DNA of 64,000 nucleotides. Source: Myxococcota bacterium. Lineage in GTDB: Bacteria; Myxococcota; UBA4151. A program made the translations under genes and the position numbers. The notes below the pieces were generated by a model that was given only the letters and a program-made list of their open reading frames with translations, searched no databases and was not told the origin of the DNA. Location of the stretch: positions 32,001 through 96,000 of the forward strand of contig JAYZBQ010000009.1 in the NCBI GenBank assembly GCA_036338695.1. The letters are read 5' to 3'. Shown here piece by piece: positions 40,523 to 50,300 of this stretch; within the stretch, counting starts at the first letter, position 1; every line of letters begins with the position of its first letter.

Positions 40523-41662
40523 ATGATCTCATTTGGATTGACCGAAGACCAACTCGAATACCAGCGCATGGCGCGCCAATTCATCGCGCAGACGGTGATC
40601 CCCCATGCAGGGCACTGGGATGAGACCGGACATTTCCCGAAAGACGCCATCCGCAGCGCCTGGGAGAACGGTCTGCTCAACCTGTGCATCCCAAGCTCGG
40701 TCGGGGGCGCAGGCATGCCGCTGGTGGACACGCTGATCATCAGCGAGGAGATCTCCTACGGCTGCGTCGGGTACTCGACCTCGTGCATGGCGAATGAGCT
40801 GGCGCTCACCCCGATCGTTCTCGGCGCCGACGAAGATCAGAAGCGTAAGTTCCTCAAGCCATTCGTCGACGAGTTCAAGCTTGCGGCGTTTTGCCTGAGT
40901 GAGCCGGGCGCAGGATCGGACGCAGCGTCCTTGCGGACCACGGCTCGTCGTGAGGGCGATGAGTGGGTCATCAACGGTCAAAAACAGTGGATCACGAACG
41001 CAACCCACGCGGACTTTTACACGGTCTTTGCGACCGTGGATCGAGAGGCGGGCCACCGCGGCATTACCCTCTTTGCCGTACCTCGTGACACGCCTGGCAT
41101 CACGGTCGCTCCCCATGAAAATAAGATGGGGCAACGCTGCTCGGACACGGCGCCGATCAGCTTTGAGGACGTGCGGGTGCCGGCGGATCACTGCATCGGC
41201 GGTCCGGGGAATGGCTGGAAGATCGCCATGCACACGCTCGACTTTAGCCGCCCGCTCGTCGCCATGTCGGCGGTGGGTGTCGCCCGGCGCGCGCTTGAGG
41301 AGTCGATCAACTACGCCAAAGAGCGCAAGACATTCGGCAAACCCATCGGGCAGCATCAGGCGATCGGTTTCATGCTCTCGGACATGGCAGCCAAGACGCA
41401 GGCTGCTCGGCTGCTGGCGCTCGAGGCAGCTTGGCGGACCGACCAAGGCTTGCCCGCCAACAAAGAGGCGAGCTTCGCCAAGGCGATGTGCGCCGACTGG
41501 TGCATGGAGATCTGCACCGACGCCGTGCAGATCTTCGGCGGCTACGGCTACACCAAAGAGTACCCAGTCGAGAAGCTGATGCGAGACGCTAAGCTCATCC
41601 AGATCTACGAAGGAACCAGCCAAATTCAGCGTATTGTGATCTCGCGAGAGCTCATGCGCTAA
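40523..41662 (+). CDS. Acyl-CoA dehydrogenase
   Basis: FCLSEPGAGSD, NGQKQWITN, KMGQR, QIFGGYGY, IYEGTSQIQR (catalytic Glu). Confidence 0.96.
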   Translation: MISFGLTEDQLEYQRMARQFIAQTVIPHAGHWDETGHFPKDAIRSAWENGLLNLCIPSSVGGAGMPLVDTLIISEEISYGCVGYSTSCMANELALTPIVLGADEDQKRKFLKPFVDEFKLAAFCLSEPGAGSDAASLRTTARREGDEWVINGQKQWITNATHADFYTVFATVDREAGHRGITLFAVPRDTPGITVAPHENKMGQRCSDTAPISFEDVRVPADHCIGGPGNGWKIAMHTLDFSRPLVAMSAVGVARRALEESINYAKERKTFGKPIGQHQAIGFMLSDMAAKTQAARLLALEAAWRTDQGLPANKEASFAKAMCADWCMEICTDAVQIFGGYGYTKEYPVEKLMRDAKLIQIYEGTSQIQRIVISRELMR

Positions 41663-41725
41663 GGCGTTACTTGACCCGGCGACTCGCCGGCACAATAACA
41701 GCCCAACCGAACAGGAAGAAGAACG

Positions 41726-42475
41726 ATGAAGATACTCGTACCGATCGCACGCACCGAAGATTACAACGCGCGCATCGTCGTCAATAAAGCAGGCGATGAC
41801 ATCGAACGCGGCGGCGTGGCGATGGTGATCAACCCCTTTGATGAGATCGCCGTCGAGGAGGCGCTGCGGCTCTTGGATGGTGGCGAAGGTGAGATCATCG
41901 TCGTCGCCATCGGTGGCGACGAGGCTGCGCCTGAGCTGCGTCGAGCGCTTGCGATGGGCGCGCATCGGGCGATCCAGATCAACACCGAGGTCAAGCTGAT
42001 GCCCGAGGTCGTGACGCCGCTGCTCGCAGCGGTCGCTGAACGCGAGCAGCCCGACCTGGTCTTGATGGGCAAGCAGAGCATCGACGGCGACTCCGGACAG
42101 GTCGCGCAACGGCTGGCGCATCGCCTCGACTGGCCGCAGGCGACCTTCGCCTATGAAGTGAGCGTTGAGGGCGGCACCGTAACCGTCGGCTGCGAGGTCG
42201 ACGGGGGCACCGAAACCGTCGCCTTCGACCTACCCGGCGTGATCAGCACGGACCTGCGCCTAAACGAGCCCAGGCTGCCGAAGCTCCCCGATATCATGAA
42301 GGCGAAAAAGAAACCCTACGAGGTCTTGACCGACGCGGAGCTTGGCGGCGTCGAGGAGAGCCCAATTAAAGTGCTCTCGCTGTCCCCGCCGCCCGAGCGT
42401 CAAGCCGGCCAAATCGTCGCCGATGTCGATACGTTGATCGCAAAGCTGCGCGACGAAGCCAAGGTGCTCGCTTAA
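41726..42475 (+). CDS. etfB: Electron transfer flavoprotein beta subunit
   Basis: INPFDEIAVEEALRL, ALAMGA, GKQSIDGD, DLRLNEPR. Confidence 0.96.
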   Translation: MKILVPIARTEDYNARIVVNKAGDDIERGGVAMVINPFDEIAVEEALRLLDGGEGEIIVVAIGGDEAAPELRRALAMGAHRAIQINTEVKLMPEVVTPLLAAVAEREQPDLVLMGKQSIDGDSGQVAQRLAHRLDWPQATFAYEVSVEGGTVTVGCEVDGGTETVAFDLPGVISTDLRLNEPRLPKLPDIMKAKKKPYEVLTDAELGGVEESPIKVLSLSPPPERQAGQIVADVDTLIAKLRDEAKVLA

Positions 42476-42515
42476 ATCAAACGATAGACACCGCGATGCG
42501 GTGGAATGGTGAATC

Positions 42516-43913
42516 ATGAAGACTGGATTATTGATTGCCTTGGGTGTTGCCGTCGCCGTGGCGCTCGGATGGATGGGGACTCGAAAAAAGGAAGAACCTC
42601 AGCCGGCGCCTGAGCCAAAGCCCGAGCCCAAGCCGGAGCCCGTCGCTGAGCCCGCGCCGCAAGCCGCAGCGCCCAGCGAGAAACCAACCCTGGTGATGTC
42701 GCCCGAAGAGGCGCAACAGGCGGCCACTGAGTCGATGGCGTCCACCGAGCCGACGGTGACCCCAGAAGAGCCCACGCAAGAACCTGCGGCGGCAGAAGAG
42801 GCACCAGCGGAGCTAGAAGCGGCGACCGAGGGCGCGCTCGCCGATGACTCAGGCGATGAGGTCGAGCTTGAGAGCACCGCGGACGAAGATCCGAGCGAAG
42901 CTGAGACCGTGCTGGCTCCTGTCGAGGTACCGGCGGCGACTGAGAACCCCGCAGGCGGCAACGCGGTCGTGTGCCTCCTCGACGTCGCCGGCGGCGACCT
43001 CTCGGTGCCTAACCGAGCGACCCTAAGCGCCGCACAGCAAGTCGCCAGCGCACGTGGCGCCGACTTGCACGTCGTCTGCATGGGGGCGGACACCTCCAGC
43101 GCAGCGAACGCTTCGGCAGAGGGGGTCACCGCCGTCCACGCCATTACCCACGATCAACTCGGAGACGGCGTCGCTGAGACGTACTACGCTGCGGCGATGC
43201 AAGCGCTCGCTCAGGTGGCAGCGGACGTGGTGATCGCCCCATCGAGCAGCGTCGGCAAAGGGTACCTGCCCCGCCTCGCCGAACAGCTCGGCTGCGGCAT
43301 GGTGACCGAGATTTTATCGGTCGAGTCCGGCGATACCTTCACGCGCGCCCTGTGGGCAGGAAGCGTCATCGCCACGGTCCAAGGCACCGGCCGACTGGTC
43401 GTCTCCGTGCGCGCCACCGGGTTTGAGCCCGCCGCCACGCAGGCTGCTGATGTTCAAGCGATCGCCTTTGAGCCCCCGCAGACCAAGACACGCTTTGTCG
43501 GCCGAGAGAAGACGGAGAGCGCCCGCCCGGATCTGAGCGAGGCGTCGGTTGTGGTCTCAGGCGGACGTGGCACCAAAGGCGACTTCGCCCCGATCGAGCA
43601 GCTTGCAGACGCCCTAGGGGCTGCGATGGGCGCCTCGCGCGCAGCGTGCGACGCAGGCTGGGTACCGAATGATCTCCAGGTCGGTCAGACCGGTAAGGTC
43701 GTGGCGCCGAGCCTCTACATCGCTGCGGGTCTATCCGGCGCGATCCAGCACATCGCAGGGATGAAGGGCTCGAAAACCATCGTTGCGATCAACAAGGACG
43801 AGGAGGCGCCGATCTTTGGCGTCGCCGACTATGGGCTCGTCGCCGACCTGTTTGAGGTTTGTCCAGAACTTGCCGATAAGGTCAGTGAACAAGGACTAAA
43901 ACCCACCGCCTAA
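42516..43913 (+). CDS. etfA: Electron transfer flavoprotein alpha subunit with N-terminal TM anchor and acidic Pro/Glu/Ala-rich linker
   Basis: C-terminal ~317 aa: [46 protein letters not shown]. The first ~148 aa are a hydrophobic helix, RKK and a low-complexity linker. Confidence 0.93.
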   Translation: MKTGLLIALGVAVAVALGWMGTRKKEEPQPAPEPKPEPKPEPVAEPAPQAAAPSEKPTLVMSPEEAQQAATESMASTEPTVTPEEPTQEPAAAEEAPAELEAATEGALADDSGDEVELESTADEDPSEAETVLAPVEVPAATENPAGGNAVVCLLDVAGGDLSVPNRATLSAAQQVASARGADLHVVCMGADTSSAANASAEGVTAVHAITHDQLGDGVAETYYAAAMQALAQVAADVVIAPSSSVGKGYLPRLAEQLGCGMVTEILSVESGDTFTRALWAGSVIATVQGTGRLVVSVRATGFEPAATQAADVQAIAFEPPQTKTRFVGREKTESARPDLSEASVVVSGGRGTKGDFAPIEQLADALGAAMGASRAACDAGWVPNDLQVGQTGKVVAPSLYIAAGLSGAIQHIAGMKGSKTIVAINKDEEAPIFGVADYGLVADLFEVCPELADKVSEQGLKPTA

Positions 43914-43943
43914 TGGTCTAAAGAGGGAAAGCGAGGGAGCAGC

Positions 43944-45986
43944 ATGCACGGGATCGCCGTCGTCTCGGTTTTAGGGGTCTCGCTGGCGCTTTTCGCCCGG
44001 AATTGCCTGCGCCTCGTGCGGATGATCCGGCTCGGCGTCGACGACTTCACGCTCTCGCACCTCGGAGGTCGCCTCAAGGATGTCGCCTACTACGTCATCG
44101 GTCAGGCGAAGCTGCTGCGTGACCCGGGCGCGGGCATCCTGCATATGGCGTTCTTTTATGGGTTCCTGCTGATCCAGATCGGGCTGGTGGAGTTCGTCCT
44201 CTCGGGCGTCCTCTTTGACGAACAAGGCAACGGCTTTAGCTACGCGTGGCTCTTTGGGACCCCTGCTGAATCCCTCATCATGAAGGGCTATTGGATCAGC
44301 CAAGAGCTGGCGATCTACGGCGTCGGCTTGGCCTGCTTCATCGCCATCTTCCGGCGCTGGTTCTTGCGCGCCTTCTTGCCGAGGCTCAAGAAACGCTCGG
44401 CCGACGCTGAGCTGATCATTTTGTTTATTGCGATCCTCATGGTGACGCTTGCGGGCGTGCAAGCCGCAGATGTGGTCATGGGACACGGTGTCTTCGCCGA
44501 CGCGCAAGGTGATTGGCTCTACGGACGGCCAGGGACTCGGCTGTTCGCTGCGGCCCTGACCACCGAGTCGGCCAAGGGGCTCTACCCCTTCTTCTGGTGG
44601 GGTCACTTCCTGACCATCATGATCTTCATGAATTACCTGCCGTTCTCGAAGCACATGCACCTGCTCGGAGCGGTCCCAAACTTCTTCCTGCGCCCGCGCG
44701 GCGAAGGGCTTATCCTGAACCCGGTCGACTTTGAGTCGAGCGAGGAGTTCGGTGTGGGCCGGGTCAACCTCTTTGGCGCCTCCGACCTGCTCGACACCTT
44801 CGCCTGCGCAGAGTGCAACCGCTGCACCGTGGTCTGCCCGGCGAACACGACCGGCAAGCCGCTCGATCCAGCCAAAATCGTGCACGACATGAAGGACAAC
44901 CTCTACGCCAATGAGGTGAACCTACTCGATTGGGTCAACAAAGGGAGCGAGGGCGAGCCCAACTGCGAGGTGAACCTCATCGGTGGGGCCGACAGCGAGG
45001 GCTCGATCCATTTTGACGAGCTCTGGAGCTGCACGACCTGTGGCGCCTGCGTCCAAGAGTGCCCAGTCGGGATCCGCCATGTGCCCAAGATCGTCGACAT
45101 GCGCCGTCATATGGTGATGATGGAGGGCAACAATCCACCGGAGCTCGACTCGGTCTTTCGTGGGATGGAGACCAACGCCAACCCGTGGGGTCTGGGCGCG
45201 AACACCCGGTTTGACTGGGCTGACGGCTTGGAGATCCCGACCGTCGAGACCAACCCGGACTTCGAGTACCTGTATTACGTGGGCTGTGCTGGGAGCTTTG
45301 ACGATCGAGCCAAGAAGATCACGGCGGCGATGGTCAAGCTGCTGCGGCTTGCGAACGTCAACTTCGCCGTGCTCGGCAAAGGCGAGAGTTGCAACGGCGA
45401 AACGGCCCGGCGACTCGGCAACGAATACCTCTTCGTCGAGATGGCGGGTACGCTGATCGACACCTTCAAGCGCTACGACGTGCAGAAGGTCATCACGACC
45501 TGTCCCCACTGCCTCAATACGTTCAACAAGGACTATCCGACCGTCGACGCCGAGTTTCAGCTTGAGGTTCACCACCACACGGACTTCCTCAACGGCTTGG
45601 TCCGCTCCGGAGCGATTGCGCTCGATGCGAGCGACGCCGGGAAGGTCACCTATCACGACTCGTGCTATCTGGCGCGCTACAACGGGATCGAAGACAGCCC
45701 GCGCGACCTGCTCGAGGCCGCTGGGGCCGATCTGGTCGAGATGACGCGCAACCGCGACCGGGGTTTCTGCTGCGGCGCTGGGGGCGGTCGCATGTGGATG
45801 GAGGAGCACCTCGGGACGCGGGTCAACCACAATCGAACCCAAGAGGCGGTTGAGACCGGCGCCACGACGGTGGCGGTCGCCTGCCCATTTTGCATGACCA
45901 TGATCGGTGACGGCACCCGAGAGATCGGGGTCGATGACCAAGTCGTGGTCAAGGATATCGCCGAGGTTCTCGCCGAACGCGTCTAA
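43944..45986 (+). CDS. Membrane-bound FeS/CCG-domain oxidoreductase (FadF/EtfD/EMO-like ETF:quinone oxidoreductase)
   Basis: NarI-like TM domain with His (ILHM, WGHF, SKHMH); two 4Fe-4S motifs [12 protein letters not shown] and [15 protein letters not shown] domains (TCPHC, HDSCY, FCCGAGG, ACPFC). Confidence 0.9.
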   Translation: MHGIAVVSVLGVSLALFARNCLRLVRMIRLGVDDFTLSHLGGRLKDVAYYVIGQAKLLRDPGAGILHMAFFYGFLLIQIGLVEFVLSGVLFDEQGNGFSYAWLFGTPAESLIMKGYWISQELAIYGVGLACFIAIFRRWFLRAFLPRLKKRSADAELIILFIAILMVTLAGVQAADVVMGHGVFADAQGDWLYGRPGTRLFAAALTTESAKGLYPFFWWGHFLTIMIFMNYLPFSKHMHLLGAVPNFFLRPRGEGLILNPVDFESSEEFGVGRVNLFGASDLLDTFACAECNRCTVVCPANTTGKPLDPAKIVHDMKDNLYANEVNLLDWVNKGSEGEPNCEVNLIGGADSEGSIHFDELWSCTTCGACVQECPVGIRHVPKIVDMRRHMVMMEGNNPPELDSVFRGMETNANPWGLGANTRFDWADGLEIPTVETNPDFEYLYYVGCAGSFDDRAKKITAAMVKLLRLANVNFAVLGKGESCNGETARRLGNEYLFVEMAGTLIDTFKRYDVQKVITTCPHCLNTFNKDYPTVDAEFQLEVHHHTDFLNGLVRSGAIALDASDAGKVTYHDSCYLARYNGIEDSPRDLLEAAGADLVEMTRNRDRGFCCGAGGGRMWMEEHLGTRVNHNRTQEAVETGATTVAVACPFCMTMIGDGTREIGVDDQVVVKDIAEVLAERV

Positions 45987-46067
45987 GCGACACCCCGAGC
46001 GTAGCGGCGGCTTTCTTGCCAACTTGGTGAGGACCAACTATCAGATGCACCCGAAGGTGGCGGTGTC

Positions 46068-46472
46068 ATGGCGAATCTACAAGATAAGCGGAACAAGATG
46101 CGAAAACGCTTTGCGCGTGTCCGCGTTGATTTGCGTCTTGAGGTCGAGACCGAGACCGGAAGCCTGCACACCCGAGCGCGCAACCTGAGCGCCAAAGGGG
46201 TCATGTTCAACTCCGAGGGTGAGCTGGTCCCAGGGCAGCAGATTCACGTGCTGATCTACATCCCGCGCGGTCGAGAGGTGGACCTTCTCAAGATCAAAGG
46301 TGAGGTCATCTGGGTCCGCCGAGAAGAGGATCGCAGCTTCATCGTCGGGAGCACGTTCACGCGCTTTGCTCCAGGTGATGAGCGGCGCCTGCGGCAGTAT
46401 CTCCTGCAGCACCTGCGCGGTGAAGACCCGCACCGAGCGCCTTATTTCGGGCGCGAAGGCAAGTTCGACTAA
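46068..46472 (+). CDS. PilZ-domain protein
   Basis: RKRFAR (RxxxR) and NLSAKG (D/NxSxxG) c-di-GMP-binding motifs; GEVIWVR. Confidence 0.85.
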   Translation: MANLQDKRNKMRKRFARVRVDLRLEVETETGSLHTRARNLSAKGVMFNSEGELVPGQQIHVLIYIPRGREVDLLKIKGEVIWVRREEDRSFIVGSTFTRFAPGDERRLRQYLLQHLRGEDPHRAPYFGREGKFD

Positions 46473-46499
46473 GACCCTCCCTTTGGGTTCGAGGCGCTC

Positions 46500-47261
46500 A
46501 TGGCAGCTGCAGCCGTCATCCCCCACACCCTCACGAGCCGCATCCGTGGCACGCTTGCGCTGATCTACCTCGTCTTTGGGGGGGTGACGGCTAGCCTCTT
46601 GGTCGTCCCGCTGGTGGTGTTTGGCGGTCGCCGCAATCGGGCACAACACATCGTCGAGCGCGTCTGGGCGGGGGGTGTTTTGTGGATCGCAGGCATCCGA
46701 GTCGAGGTGCGTGGGCGTGAACACCTCCCGGCGAGCGGCGCGGTGATCGTAGCGAACCACCGCTCCAACGCCGACGTCTTCTCGATCATGGGCGCCGCCG
46801 CCACACCAGCGCGGTTCATCGCCAAGGCGGAGCTGCGCTGGGTCTTCTTTATCAGCCTCGGGATGTGGATGACCGGCCACATCTTCGTCAAGCGAGGTCA
46901 GCGCAAGTCTGGTGGCAGGGCGCTCAATGCGGCGGCAGAGGACCTCGGTCAGGGCGCCTGGGTCCTTCTGTTTCCCGAGGGCACGCGCGTCCAAACCGAC
47001 AAAAGCCTGCCCTGGAAAAGCGGCGCCTTTCGACTCGCCATCCATGCGCAAGCGCCGGTCGTACCGACGGTAATCCATCATGCCCGTCGCCTGTGGCCGA
47101 GCAAAGCGCTGCTGCCGCGACCGGGCACCATGATCGTCGAGTTCTTACCTAGTGTCTCGACGCAAGGGATGGTGCCCAAGGATCATACCTCACTGAGAAA
47201 CCGCGTCCGTGACCAGGTGATCGAGCGCCACGAGCAAGGCCTCGCGTCAACAGCGAGCTGA
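46500..47261 (+). CDS. plsC: 1-acyl-sn-glycerol-3-phosphate acyltransferase family protein
   Basis: NHRSNAD (HxxxxD), AKAEL, FPEGTR. Confidence 0.88.
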   Translation: MAAAAVIPHTLTSRIRGTLALIYLVFGGVTASLLVVPLVVFGGRRNRAQHIVERVWAGGVLWIAGIRVEVRGREHLPASGAVIVANHRSNADVFSIMGAAATPARFIAKAELRWVFFISLGMWMTGHIFVKRGQRKSGGRALNAAAEDLGQGAWVLLFPEGTRVQTDKSLPWKSGAFRLAIHAQAPVVPTVIHHARRLWPSKALLPRPGTMIVEFLPSVSTQGMVPKDHTSLRNRVRDQVIERHEQGLASTAS

Positions 47262-47360
47262 CCACCTCGGTAAGCGCTTTGGTGCCTTTGTGCTTTGCCA
47301 AGATGGGCTCGCAAGGGTACACCTTAGCTCGGCGCCTCCGAGCGGCCGATAGGAGTTTTT

Positions 47361-50300
47361 ATGATGCGGTGGATCACCGTTTTTTGCTGCCTGATCAGCG
47401 CGACCGTTTGGGCACAAGAACAAGAGCCGAACAACGACCGAGCGTCGGCGAACGCAATCGCTCACGGCGACGTCATCCGAGGCTCGATCACGCGCGGCGA
47501 CGAAGACTACTTTACCATCACGCTGGGCGGTACGGCGACCATCGATGTCTGGACCGCAGCGGCGCAGGGTGGTCAGAACATGGACACCTACATCGAGATG
47601 TACCAAGAGGGGCAAGAAGCTCGAGTAGCGTTCAACGATGACCGGGGGGGGCGCGCTCAAGGGCTCTACAGCGGTCTGAACCGCCCTGACACACCGGCTG
47701 GAACCTACTACTTTAAAGTGCGCGGCTTCAGCGCCTTCTCGACCGGTGACTATCAGATTCATCTCGAGTTAAGCGGCGGCCCTGACCTGAGCGTCTCAAA
47801 CTTTGCGCTCAACCCCCAGCCTGCTCCAAACCAGCCGTGGGCAGCCTCAGTACAGGTCAACAACGGCGTCGATGCAGCGATCGCCACGGTGGCGCGCCTT
47901 TACAACGGCGACGCCGTCATCGGCGAGCAGCCCGTCGCGGCGCTCGCCGCCAACGCCAACGCCCAGGTCGCCTTTGCGAACCTCGCAGCCCTGCCGATCG
48001 GTTATCACGACCTGCGCGTCTGCGCAGACGCCACGGGCTTGATCCAAGAACTCGACGAAGAGAACAACTGCGCCACGCTGCGCGCCACCGTCGGCTTGGA
48101 CGTCGTGGTTCAGAACCTAAGCCTCACCCCGAACAACCCGGACGTGGGTCAAGGGTGGGCAGCGCAAGCGACGATACGCAACGCGCTCGCCGGCGCGCTG
48201 CCTGCGGCGCAAGCCCAGCTGCTGCTCAACGATGTACCCGCAGGTACCTGCGAAGTCCCGGAGATCGCCAACGGTGGTGAACACGTGTGTCAGTTCAACG
48301 AGCTCGCCGGCCTCCCCTCGGGCATCACGGTGGTCAAGATCTGCGGCGACACCGGCGCAGCGATCGAGGAGGCGTCCGAAGAGAACAACTGCGCCGAGCG
48401 ACGTATTGCGATCGGTTCTGATCTGATCACAGAGAACCTGAACATCAACCCCGTCAACCCGGGGCTCAACGAGACCTTCAGCGCCAGCGTCCGTATTCGG
48501 AACCGCTTTGCGCCGGAGACGCCCGCCACGGTCGCTCGTCTCTTCGTCGGTGATCAAAGCTGGGGCGAGTGCGAGGTCCCTGCGCTAGCTGCAGAGGCAC
48601 ACCACGACTGCTCGCTCGAGAACCTAAATCCGCCGCCCGCTGGGCGACTCACGGTGCGTTTTTGCGCCGACGCCGAGGAGCAATGGGGCGAGCGAAACGA
48701 GGACAACAACTGCGCGGAGTCGAACTTCTTCAACGGGCCGGACCTGCAGATTCAGCAGGTTGTGCTCAACCCCAACCCCCCGGTTGAGGGGCGAGATGCC
48801 CAGGCGCTCATCGTGGTCCGCAACGCGGTCGCTGACCCCACCGACAACGCCACGACGGTGCGGATCACGGAGAACGGTCAGCCGGTCGGTCAGCCCTGCG
48901 CGATCGCCCCGGTCGGCGGCAACGGGATCGGCGCCTGTCAGATCAACGAGCTGCGCTTTGAGGGTGGGGACCACACCCTGCGCATCTGCGCCGACGCCGA
49001 CAACGAGCAGGTCGAGATCAACGAGGAGAACAACTGCACCGAGCTTCAGTTCAGCGTCGAGGATGTCGATGATTACGAGCCCGACAACACGCGCCTTGAG
49101 GCGACGTTGATCCGTGACAACGCCCCGCAAGACCATACCCTGCACAACGCCGAGGACATCGACTACCTGTTCTTCGTGGTCAACCGCCCGAGCGAGGCGC
49201 AGATCACGACCGGCCCCAGCCAAGAGGGCGACGCCTTCAACACGCGCGTTGCCCTGCTCGACGCCGAGGGGCGTGAGCTGACGAGCAACAACAACGGCGG
49301 CGAGGGCAACTGGTCTCGCCTCATCCGCGAGCTTCAACCGGCGACCTATTACATCCGGGTCAACCGCGGAGGAAATGACGCCGTCGATCGCTACCGGATC
49401 AACCTCCGGCTCATCGACCTCGCGGCGCGCCCACCCGACCTGAGCCTTGGCGTCGTGAGCGTGGCGCCGAACAACCTCTTCGCCGAGCAACCCTTTACGG
49501 TCTCAACCACCGTCAGCAATGCGGGGAACGCCGGCGTGAGCCAGGCGACAATCGCACGCCTGACGATTAACGGCGACAACGCCGGTGAGTGCCAGCTCGC
49601 AGAGATTGCGACCGGGGGCAGCGCGCCGTGCTCGATCAACGTGGCTCAGGGCGTCGCCGCAGGTGACGTCGTCCTGCGCGTCTGCGTCGACCCTGCGAAC
49701 GCCATGGAAGAGCGGGACGAGACCAACAATTGCGGTCAGCTCAGCCTGCACCTCTTCGCCATCGACGAATTTGAGCCGGACAATGCGCGTGACGACGCCA
49801 GCGACCTACCCCTCGATGAGGCGCAGAGCCACACACTGCACGTCGCCGACGACACCGACTGGGTGCGTGTGACCATGAGCGAGCCGGGCACGCTCACCGT
49901 ATCCGGCGTGCTGATCGAGGGCTCGGGTGGCGACATCGACGGCCGACTGACCGCGCCGGGCGGCGAGACGCTGGCGCGGGCGACCGGACAAGGTCCCGTC
50001 GAGTTGAGCTACGGACCCGCTGATCGCGGCGTCTTCTTTGTCGAGATCACGGGACGTGGCGGCGCGGCGGTCGATGGCTACACGCTCACCGCAACGCACC
50101 AGGGGATGAACGGGGACGTCGTCCGCGACATCCGGCTCAGGAACGTGACGGTCGATCCAGAGGCGCCCGCACCAAACACCGCGTTTGCGGTGGACATTGA
50201 CAGCGTCAATGACGGCAACCTGATCTCATCTCCCACTCCTGTCGCCTTGTCCGTCGGCGGCGAGGAGATCACGCGCTGCGTGCTGCCTCCGGCGGATCCA

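Noticed and set aside
41671..41696. TTGACC plus CCGGCG/CGCCGG hairpin between ACAD and etfB as a promoter or terminator
   Set aside because: No -10 at proper spacing and no U-tract; ambiguous.
40529..42121. 530-aa minus-strand ORF across ACAD/etfB (similar long ones at 33446-34522, 44922-46037, 52727-53773, and plus-strand 62448-63590)
   Set aside because: They are antisense to well-conserved genes, have no motifs, and are explained by codon bias.
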